NCBI GenBank assembly: GCA_964472515.1
Contig: CAYYMW010000003.1
Span: 1 to 56,514, forward strand
Direction: 5' to 3'
DNA from: an uncultured Verrucomicrobiota bacterium
GTDB taxonomy: Bacteria > Verrucomicrobiota > Verrucomicrobiia > Limisphaerales > J093
DNA length: 56,514 bases
Each line of letters starts with the position of its first letter. Within the stretch, counting starts at the first letter, position 1. Of the stretch, positions 9,947-17,919 are shown in pieces. The notes below the pieces were generated by a model that saw nothing but the letters and a program-made list of their open reading frames with translations, made no database searches and was not told where the DNA came from. Made by a program: the position numbers and the translations under genes.

Positions 9947-10225
9947 ATGAGAAAGGTCACGGAATCGACGAGATGGGCTGTGGAAGTGAGCTTGGGCTGG
10001 CCTGGAGGCATGGGCGTCGGGTTGGGTTGGTTACTCAAGTCGTTGGCCCTGTTGGTGGCGGCTGGTCGGGCGGATGAATATCCGCGGCCGGGAGCCTCGA
10101 GGTCGCCGACGGTTGCGGGAGCGGTTTGGAGCTCAATCAGCAAGGAACTGGGCAGCTACGCGATCATCCCATGGGACAGTCCCAACTGCTTCGTCAGGGC
10201 GCGAAACACCTACACTTCGCCGTGA
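9947..10225 (+). CDS. Short hypothetical ORF with signal-peptide-like segment, possibly a gene remnant
   Basis: MRKVTEST...GWLLKSLALLVAAGRA|DEYP followed by only about 50 aa; fills an otherwise empty 500-bp gap. Confidence 0.25.
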   Translation: MRKVTESTRWAVEVSLGWPGGMGVGLGWLLKSLALLVAAGRADEYPRPGASRSPTVAGAVWSSISKELGSYAIIPWDSPNCFVRARNTYTSP

Positions 10226-10250
10226 CCGCGCGATGCCGGATCGACTCACT

Positions 10251-11669
10251 ATGTCTCGCTCACATACAACGCACGGTTGGTGCGCACGGATGCTGGAATT
10301 GGGTTTCGCCGCGTGGTTCTGTGCAAGCCTCGTTCAAGCCGGCACTGCGCTCAACCCCACGAACAGGGTCCGGTTGGAGGGTACCTCGTTTCGCGACGAC
10401 TCCGGGCCCTTTTTGGCGCTGGGGGCGTCCTATTTCCAAGCCCTGCATCACGCCAAGTACGACCGGCCTCGACTGGAGAGCAACCTGGCCTTGCTGGCCA
10501 CCAACGGGTTCAACTACGTGCGCGTCCTGGGCATGGTCAGTTGGGAGGGCTTGGAGATGGCTCCCGTGGCCTTTACCAACCGGGCGGGCCGGGCGGTGGC
10601 CGCCTGGCCGGACTACTGGCGGCAGTTCGACGATCTCCTCGAGTCCGCGGGTCGCCACGGTTTGCGGGTCGAGTTGACGGTGTTTGCCGACGCCCAGTAC
10701 GTGGTGCCGGGGCGAGCGGAGCGGTTGGCGCATCTGGATGCCGTGCTCGCCCACCTGGCGGGACGGGAAGGACGGGTGCTCTGCGTGGAGGTAGCCAACG
10801 AAGCCTGGCAGAACGGCTTTCCCGGGACGCAAGGGGTGGCCGATTTACGGGCGTTTACCCGGCACTTGGCGGATCGAACCTCGGTGCCTGTGGCGATCTC
10901 TTCGCCGCCGGACACGAGTGACCAAGGCATCATCGAGCTCTACCGCGAGAGCGCGGCGGATCTTGCCACGGTGCATTTCAGCCGGGATACGCGCACGGCG
11001 GAGGGCGGATGGTTGCCGGTGCGGGACTGCTTTCGCGCGGCGCACCTGCCGGGCGTGCCGCCGGTATGCAGCAACGAGCCGATTGGGCCGGGGGCATCCG
11101 TCGCGGCGGAAGCCGACCCCGTCAAGCTCTGCGCGGCGGCGGCGTTTGCCTATCTCGCCAACCTGCCGGCCTACGTGTTTCACTCCCGCGCCGGCATTTA
11201 CGGCTACTCCCAGTGTTGTCCGCCGGGCGGCGTGGCACTGCGCTTCGAGGATACCCCCGGCATCAGCGCTTTTCGTTTCCTGGGTCCATTGCTGCCGCCG
11301 GACCTCGCCGGTTGGCAGCGGCACGATGGCCTTGAAGCCGCCGCGCCGTTCACGGTCTTCTGCGCCGGCCAGACCAACCGCTACTGGACCGAGGTGCCGG
11401 GAGCCACCGACGGGTGCCATCGCAACATCGGAGCGATCAACGGTGCCGATTGGGTGGGACTGGCCACCGGGATACTCAGGGACGGCTTGACGCTGCAGGC
11501 GCGCCGGGCCGTGCGCTTCACTGTCTTCAATCCGCTTACCGGGCAGGAGGTGAACCGGTTTGTCATGAAAGCTGGAGGACGCTGCCGTTTACTTCCCGGC
11601 CCTGGGGTTTACCTTTTCAAGGGGCGCTTTGAGGACGTGCCGTCCACGGACAGGGACACGATCAAGTAG
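10251..11669 (+). CDS. Secreted clan GH-A-like (GH5-like) TIM-barrel hydrolase, family unassigned
   Basis: Hydrophobic leader (start 10251 or 10290); GFNYVRVL, EVANE (acid/base-like), VHFSR, SNEPIG (nucleophile-like). Confidence 0.65.
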   Translation: MSRSHTTHGWCARMLELGFAAWFCASLVQAGTALNPTNRVRLEGTSFRDDSGPFLALGASYFQALHHAKYDRPRLESNLALLATNGFNYVRVLGMVSWEGLEMAPVAFTNRAGRAVAAWPDYWRQFDDLLESAGRHGLRVELTVFADAQYVVPGRAERLAHLDAVLAHLAGREGRVLCVEVANEAWQNGFPGTQGVADLRAFTRHLADRTSVPVAISSPPDTSDQGIIELYRESAADLATVHFSRDTRTAEGGWLPVRDCFRAAHLPGVPPVCSNEPIGPGASVAAEADPVKLCAAAAFAYLANLPAYVFHSRAGIYGYSQCCPPGGVALRFEDTPGISAFRFLGPLLPPDLAGWQRHDGLEAAAPFTVFCAGQTNRYWTEVPGATDGCHRNIGAINGADWVGLATGILRDGLTLQARRAVRFTVFNPLTGQEVNRFVMKAGGRCRLLPGPGVYLFKGRFEDVPSTDRDTIK

Positions 11670-11757
11670 ACGACCGACTTCGATCTACAGGCGCGACCGA
11701 GGGCGCGCGAGTTGATGGCGTCGCCTTACCTTGGCCTTGGTTCGGGTCACGCGCGGC

Positions 11758-13158
11758 TCACAGCTTCAGGCGGAAGAAGCGGGCGGCCTCTGTCGGGGCC
11801 ATGGTCCAGGGGGTCTGTGCACCCGTTTCATTCTGCCACGGGCCTGCGGGTGTGGGGGCGCTTTGCAGGGTGCCGGAGTTCCACCGCAGGGCCAAGACGG
11901 TGCCGATGCGAACGATACTCAGCTTCGGGGTTACCCGGCCAGTGCGCTGAGGGTTTTGCCGGAACATTGGCCACGGGCTGTCGGCAGGCGGGGAGTCGCC
12001 TTTGAGGGCGTAGACCTTCCCGTCGAAGGACGAGATGTAGACCGTGCCGTCCGCGCCGATGACGGGTGACGCAGTCACCATGCCGCCGGTCTGAAATACC
12101 CAGCGCAGCTCGGCCGTCGTGCTGTCGATGGCGTAGAGTTTAGAGTCATCGGAACCCACATAGACGGTGCCGTCCGCAGCCACCGCAGGGGAGGAGGATA
12201 CGGCACCAGTGGTGGAGTACTCCCAGAGCCTTTCCCCGGTGACGCCGTTGAAGGCGTGGAGCTTGAAGTCGTCACCACCGACGAACACGGTTCCGTCCGC
12301 TCCGACGGCTGGAGAGGACTCCACCGGCATGGTGATGGGGAACGCCCAGCGCTTCTGGCCGGACTGAGCGTCCAAGGCGTAGAGGTTGAAGTCCACCGAT
12401 CCGATGTAGACGACGCCGTTCGCCCCCAGAGCGGGCGAGGCGGTGACCATCTCCCCCGTCAAGAAGCTCCAGCGGATTTGCCCGGTGCGGCCGTCCAAGG
12501 CGTAGACCCGTTTGTCCCACGAGCCGAAGTAGACCGTTCCGTCGGCGCCAATGGCGGGAGAGGAGGTGACGGAAGACTCTGTGGCGAAGCGCCAGCGGCG
12601 TTGACCGGTGGCGGCGTCCACGGCGTGAATGGCTCCGTCAAATGAAGCAACAAGCACCGTGCCGTCGGCCGTGAGAGCGGGGGAGGAGGAAACGGGGGCC
12701 TGGCAGTCGTAGGTCCAACCCCGGCTGCCGGAACCGCCGGCCAAGGCAATCAGGCTGCCGTCGGCCACGCCGACATAGACCGTTCCGTCTTGGCCGACGG
12801 CCGGGGCCGTGTCGATCCAATTTCCGGCCAGAAATTCCCAGCGTTTCTCGCCGGTGGCGCCTTCCAGGGCATAGAGCTTGTTGTCATGCGATCCCACATA
12901 GACCGTGCCGTCCGCGCCGAGGGCGGGCGAGGAATCCATGTAGCTGCCAGTGGCGAACTCCCAGAGCTTGACGCCGGGAGGGATGGGTGCCGGAGCAGTC
13001 TCGGCGGGAGGAGAGGGACTCGTTGTTGTCTGCCCCGCCATGGCAGAGTTGCCTGGAGCATGGGCCAAGGCGAGGAGCAACGCGCAAATCGGCCAAGACG
13101 GTGTCGTGCCCGGGTGGCCAAGCCCAGTCTGCCTGCATCTCAACAGGGCCGCATTCAT
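11758..13158 (-). CDS. PQQ-like beta-propeller repeat protein with C-terminal RFFRL domain
   Basis: About eight repeats of SSPA(I/L/V)xxDGTVY(V/F)GSxDxxLYA(L/I)DxxTG..W; signal peptide; start 13158 (ORF extends to 13212). Confidence 0.9.
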   Translation of the reverse strand: MNAALLRCRQTGLGHPGTTPSWPICALLLALAHAPGNSAMAGQTTTSPSPPAETAPAPIPPGVKLWEFATGSYMDSSPALGADGTVYVGSHDNKLYALEGATGEKRWEFLAGNWIDTAPAVGQDGTVYVGVADGSLIALAGGSGSRGWTYDCQAPVSSSPALTADGTVLVASFDGAIHAVDAATGQRRWRFATESSVTSSPAIGADGTVYFGSWDKRVYALDGRTGQIRWSFLTGEMVTASPALGANGVVYIGSVDFNLYALDAQSGQKRWAFPITMPVESSPAVGADGTVFVGGDDFKLHAFNGVTGERLWEYSTTGAVSSSPAVAADGTVYVGSDDSKLYAIDSTTAELRWVFQTGGMVTASPVIGADGTVYISSFDGKVYALKGDSPPADSPWPMFRQNPQRTGRVTPKLSIVRIGTVLALRWNSGTLQSAPTPAGPWQNETGAQTPWTMAPTEAARFFRLKL

Positions 13159-13239
13159 AAGTGCCTTCGCGACAGGATATGGATGTTCTGAGGTGGCAAG
13201 GACTACCACCAATCACGCACCGCCGCCAGCCTTTCCTGC

Positions 13240-15921
13240 TTACTCCTGCCAGTCCAGCGGCACGGTTTGCTCGGTCAACACCGCCGCCGGACGATCCTGG
13301 TAGAGGCGGCGGGTGTAGGCATCCTTGAGCCCGCGCACGGTTACGGTGGTACGTGTTCCGGGCGTAATCCCCTCCGTGGTGAGCCGCACCCGGTTGCCGT
13401 CCACTGTCAGGGCGGTGATCCTGCCGCTGGAAAGGCCGTAATGGGAGACATCCTCGGCGGTGGCTTGGTCCAACCGCTTCGAGAAGGTGAGGTCAGCGCG
13501 CTCGCCGGTGTGCTTCACCCCCACAATCCTGGGAGCCTCGGTGTACATGTAGAGGCCGAGGAAATACTCGTAAACCGTGGTGTTCTGCACCCCCAGCTTG
13601 GTGCAGGCCTGTTCGAAGGCGCGGATCCAAACCCAGTTGCGCCGGTTCTGCGTCTGGGAGCCGGTGTCCGCCTGGATCATCACGGGTTGGTTGGTCACCC
13701 CGGCGCGGATGGCTTGGAGAAAGGGGGCGTACTTGTTGACGTAAGCGGGAAGCAGGTCGGCGCGGATCCAGTCCGGCCAGTGGGTTTGCAGGCAGAAGAG
13801 GTCGGGCTTGACGGTGCGGGCGATTTCCGTGGGGTCTTCGCCGCTGTCCTCCAGCACACGCTGCAAGCCGTTGGCGTCGGTCAGTGCCAGGGTCCAGACG
13901 CACACCAGCCTGCCCGGCGCGGTGGCGCGAATGCCCTGCGGGCCGTTGACCAGATCGTCGAGGAAACCGGTCAGGCTCGCATGGCGAAAGGTGAGCCATT
14001 TCTGCCACAGGGCGGGGTTGTTGGCGGGATAGAGCGGGGCGCTCGGATTCAGAATGTCCGGCAAGGCCTGCTCCTCCGGGAACTGTTGGCGGAAGGCGGC
14101 GAGGCATTGCGGACAGAAGCAGGCGTAGGCGGGGCTTCCGATTCCCGGGTACTCCGGCCAGTGAGGTTCCATCAGGTCCACTCCCTCGAAGGCTTGGTTG
14201 GTGAGCATGCTCGCCATCTGCGCCTTCTTCCACGCGCGGTAGTCCGGGTTATTGAGACACAGGCGGGTGTAGCCGTCGTTGAGCGGTTTCCCCAGCAGGT
14301 CGCTGCGGGTGACCATCCGCCACGCTTCCCAGCCCGGCGGCAGGTCATTGGTGCTGTAGCTGCCGTTGGCAAAAGTGGAGTACCACACCCCGATGCCGGC
14401 CCGGTGGAAGGCGGCGATGAGGTCCGGCCGCACGTTGCTGTCGGCGGTGAGAATGTACCGCGCGATGCTGTACCCACTCGCGCGAATCTCGGAAGCGATG
14501 CTCTCGGCGGAGCGGTCACGGTAGTAGCTGAAGGCCGGGTCAACCTCCACGCTCCGGCCAAAGGCCGGGAAGAAGGGACGGTCCACACAGGTCTTCAGGT
14601 AATCGGCATACAGGGCCTGCTGCGCCGCGCCCCGGTAAGGGCTGAGGTAGTGGAAGAAATCGAAAGTGACAAACTGCTCCACAAAGGGCGCTTCCGCCGC
14701 GAGTTGCCGGGTCAGGCGGGCGAGGTCCGTCACCCCGAACCGATCCGGCGCGGTCTGGATCAGGCGGAAGGATTCGAGATCGCTCCAAAAGGCCACGCCC
14801 GTGGCCACACAGGCGTTGCGCACGGCGCGGAAATACGGGATGACACGGTCCTCCAAATCCTTGTCCCAGCCGCGCGCGCCCACGCCGTCCTGCAACATCA
14901 GGATGTCGAGACCCGCCCCTTCGAGGAACTTCTTGTAGAACCGCTCGATGGTATCGGCGGTCACCGAACCGGAATAGAAGGGGGCGAACGAGACGGGCTT
15001 GGGGCCGGAGAGTTGTTTGCAGTGGTCGCTGACCCGGCGGAAGAAGGCCCGGAGAGTGGTTGTCTCGGCGTCGGTGTAACTGCCGTCCCAGCTTTCCTGC
15101 GGCAGGTACCAACCCGCGAAGGAACGATGGTGACCGTAGCGCGCCCAGAGTTCGGAGGCGAGAGCGCAACTGGTGTCCCCCGCCTGCTTCAGGTAGGTGG
15201 CGTCGGTGCTTTGCGTCCACCAACCGTCATCCATCGCCAGCCCCGGAAAGACCTTCAGCCCGTGCGCATCCGCGTAGGCCATGATCGTTTCGGTGACATC
15301 GTTCGTCGCCCCCTCGGCGGGCAGGAACCGGTTCTGGTTGTACTGGTGCCACTGCAGGAAGATCATTCGCAGCCCGGCCCGGCGCATCGCGTCCAACTCC
15401 TGCTGCCAGGCGTTGGTGTCCATTCTCATCATCCAGGTCTGGTACTGGATGAAGGTGCCGTCCAGGTGCAGGCCCGCTTCTCCCGTCGGTCCCGCCGCCG
15501 GCTGGGGCACGAAGAACGCCCCCGGCCGTCGCTTGTTCAGTTCAAACCGCACTTCCTCCCCGGCGGCGCCCGCGTCGGTGACCGGATGAAAGCTGCGGTC
15601 CGTGGCCCGCTCCGGCTCCAGCAACCGCCCCTGCGGTGACCACCCACTGCCGGCCAGCAACTCGGTAGGCGATGCCTGCGCCTTCCACGAGAGGGTGACC
15701 GAATCTGGGTGGTCCTGGATGGAGATGGAGGGCGGCGTGTACGCCGGGGCCGCCGCGTTGTCGGCCGAGTCCGTCCGCCCCCAACCCGCACTGCACGCCA
15801 GGAGGCACCCAAGCAGTCCCAGCCGCACAGCTACACCGTGCCAGCAAGCCCTCGACCCGCGAGCTCCAATCACACCACTCGCACCCCTGACCGCCCTGTA
15901 CGAGATGAACCGTGTCGTCAT
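13240..15921 (-). CDS. Secreted DUF4434-domain protein with a second glycoside-hydrolase-like barrel and a C-terminal Ig (Big_5-like) domain
   Basis: LDGTFIQY, WQQELDAM, FAGWYLPQE, LMLQDGVG, FWSDLESF match DUF4434; second domain has LCLNNPDY, FEGVDLMEP, CFCPQC; C-terminal LTFSKRLD...TVTVRGLKD. Confidence 0.75.
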   Translation of the reverse strand: MTTRFISYRAVRGASGVIGARGSRACWHGVAVRLGLLGCLLACSAGWGRTDSADNAAAPAYTPPSISIQDHPDSVTLSWKAQASPTELLAGSGWSPQGRLLEPERATDRSFHPVTDAGAAGEEVRFELNKRRPGAFFVPQPAAGPTGEAGLHLDGTFIQYQTWMMRMDTNAWQQELDAMRRAGLRMIFLQWHQYNQNRFLPAEGATNDVTETIMAYADAHGLKVFPGLAMDDGWWTQSTDATYLKQAGDTSCALASELWARYGHHRSFAGWYLPQESWDGSYTDAETTTLRAFFRRVSDHCKQLSGPKPVSFAPFYSGSVTADTIERFYKKFLEGAGLDILMLQDGVGARGWDKDLEDRVIPYFRAVRNACVATGVAFWSDLESFRLIQTAPDRFGVTDLARLTRQLAAEAPFVEQFVTFDFFHYLSPYRGAAQQALYADYLKTCVDRPFFPAFGRSVEVDPAFSYYRDRSAESIASEIRASGYSIARYILTADSNVRPDLIAAFHRAGIGVWYSTFANGSYSTNDLPPGWEAWRMVTRSDLLGKPLNDGYTRLCLNNPDYRAWKKAQMASMLTNQAFEGVDLMEPHWPEYPGIGSPAYACFCPQCLAAFRQQFPEEQALPDILNPSAPLYPANNPALWQKWLTFRHASLTGFLDDLVNGPQGIRATAPGRLVCVWTLALTDANGLQRVLEDSGEDPTEIARTVKPDLFCLQTHWPDWIRADLLPAYVNKYAPFLQAIRAGVTNQPVMIQADTGSQTQNRRNWVWIRAFEQACTKLGVQNTTVYEYFLGLYMYTEAPRIVGVKHTGERADLTFSKRLDQATAEDVSHYGLSSGRITALTVDGNRVRLTTEGITPGTRTTVTVRGLKDAYTRRLYQDRPAAVLTEQTVPLDWQE

Positions 15922-16028
15922 GCGGACAGAAGTTAGCCAACGCCGTGTCAAAGTACACTCGCAAACCGCCGCGAACAGCAGGATGGCTCCACCAGCGCTT
16001 GCCAATGGAGCCTGCGGGCAAGAGGGAT

Positions 16029-17219
16029 CTATGGGACTTCTTGGACCCGGAAGAAGCGGGCTGAATCGATTACCTCAACCTCCCGGCTGGCGACCTCCTC
16101 CGTGGCCACAAATGGGTCACCGACGGGCAACCATGCGCTCATGGTGGGGGAGGCTTCCAGTTGGTACTTGTGGCCAAACGTGAGACTCATCCGTACGTTG
16201 ACGCGGCTCACACCAAGCGTCAGCGAGGGGGGGGCGGGCGGATGAGTGATCAGTACGACGGCGTTGGTGGAGTAACCTCGGCCCGCACTGAGTATTTCCA
16301 AATCGGCCACTTGTCCCCCGACCACACTGGCGCGAACCTCGGCACCGTTGCCCAAGGCGTCCATGATTCTCACCGCCGGGGGCGGATTGGTGTCGTAACC
16401 GTAGCCGGGGTCGGTGACCGTCACCCCGACGAGAAAGCCATTCACGACCTGCGCGGTGGCTGTGGCGCGATGGGGAACTGCGTTGGCCTCGTTCTGGTAC
16501 AATGAGCTTACTTCCAGCTCGGACAAAGCCCGGTTGTAGATGCGAACGTCGTCGATGGCTCCCGAGAAGGAGTAGAGGTCCGGCGTGCTGCCAATGCGCA
16601 GTGGCCCCGCGGTTTGTTTGATGCCGGAGGTGTCAAACGCCGTGGTAGCGTTGAGGCTGCCGTTGACGTAGATTGCAAGGAGGCTACGCGGGCTGTCGAT
16701 GACGGCCGCGAAGTGGTACCAGACGGATGGGGCAATACCGCCGCGCTTGCTTTCGATGCCCTTGCGGCCGTTGGCCTCTACGAACGGGGTTGCGGTGAAG
16801 TTCAGCTTTCCCTGATTGTGGAGGAACACCGCAAATTGCCGGTTGAGCCAGGGTGACTCATCGGGAAGGTCGCCTTTCCACAGGAGTGTCTGCCACGTGG
16901 GCGACAGGGTGTCGGCCATGAACCAAGCGCTCAAGGTCAGTTCGGTATCAAGGTGCAGGGCTGGATTGTCGGACACCTCAATGTAGTGACTCGCGAGGCC
17001 GTCGAGCCACAGAGCGTGGTCCTTGAGGCCAAACCGGTTGCCCGTGGGAGTCGTTCCCAACACCGCCCCGTGGTGGTTATTGCCACTTTCGTCATTGGCA
17101 TTCCCGTCGAGCGGATACCAAGCTACCAGCCCGTTGGTCATGAATGGTGGTTGGGCGTTTCCGACTGCGGAAAGCCCGACTGCCATCGCCAGAACCGTGA
17201 TCGTCGTTGCGAATCTCAC
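16029..17219 (-). CDS. Secreted LamG-like jellyroll (ConA-like lectin) protein with C-terminal RFFRV domain
   Basis: GLVAWYPLDGNANDESGN, WYHFAAV, IYVNG, FSGAIDDVRIYNRALS; GTG start with AAGGAAAGGAG SD. Confidence 0.88.
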   Translation of the reverse strand: MRFATTITVLAMAVGLSAVGNAQPPFMTNGLVAWYPLDGNANDESGNNHHGAVLGTTPTGNRFGLKDHALWLDGLASHYIEVSDNPALHLDTELTLSAWFMADTLSPTWQTLLWKGDLPDESPWLNRQFAVFLHNQGKLNFTATPFVEANGRKGIESKRGGIAPSVWYHFAAVIDSPRSLLAIYVNGSLNATTAFDTSGIKQTAGPLRIGSTPDLYSFSGAIDDVRIYNRALSELEVSSLYQNEANAVPHRATATAQVVNGFLVGVTVTDPGYGYDTNPPPAVRIMDALGNGAEVRASVVGGQVADLEILSAGRGYSTNAVVLITHPPAPPSLTLGVSRVNVRMSLTFGHKYQLEASPTMSAWLPVGDPFVATEEVASREVEVIDSARFFRVQEVP

Positions 17220-17919
17220 CCGATCTCCTTTCCTTGGCCTCGCGCCGGCGCGGAAACAAAGTGGGACAAGCAGCAGGAGCCTTTGTCCAAAGAGCCAGCC
17301 CGCTCCGCCGGGGCCTCCCCAAGCAGTGAGTGCCTGGACAAATGCTACCCCGAGACTGGGCGGTTCCCTGCAAACCGCAGCCGTCGCTACGCCAACAACA
17401 TTTCCCTTAATGTTGATGTTGATGTTGCGAACCGTGTCTCATCCTAAGGCGAAGCTCAGGTCAAATGCAAGGTGCAAACTCCTTTCTCGATCAGCACGGT
17501 CTGCGCGATTCGCGCCAAATGGACTGTTACTCGAGAAAAGGGTGACCGGTTCAGATGAATGGGGCGTGGTGCCAGAAGCCGGGGTTGCCCTATAGGCACA
17601 ATGCTATGAGCATCGAAGCGAAGTTAGAGTCTCAGCCCAGCTGCGGCGGCGCTGTGCCACTGCCTGTCTGGACCATCAGAGCAAGCTGCTCGATGAAGTG
17701 GTCCAACTGCCGCTTCATTGTCGCTGAGGCAGACATGCGCCGGAAACCGGGCCTGACGCGCTGGGCAGGAGGCGTCGTCATTGTTCATGAGGGCATGTAT
17801 CGAGAGACACTCCCACGCCAAGTACAGGGTTGAAAACGAACCAGCACACCGTTCTTCCGCCAGCCATGTAGTCCCCACCCTTCCAACCCTTACTGATGTA
17901 GCATTGGAGGCCGAATCCG

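Noticed and set aside
12030-12930. Recurring gaccgtgccgtccgc-like words at about 120-bp period, superficially CRISPR-like
   Set aside because: They encode the beta-propeller blades (ADGTVY), vary at third positions, and there are no cas genes.
13267-15639. 790-aa plus-strand ORF
   Set aside because: Shadow of the DUF4434 gene.
17502-17517. Second sigma54 promoter (minus strand TGGCGCGAATCGCGCA)
   Set aside because: Spacing is right but the TT before GC is missing, and it is better explained as a GC palindrome.
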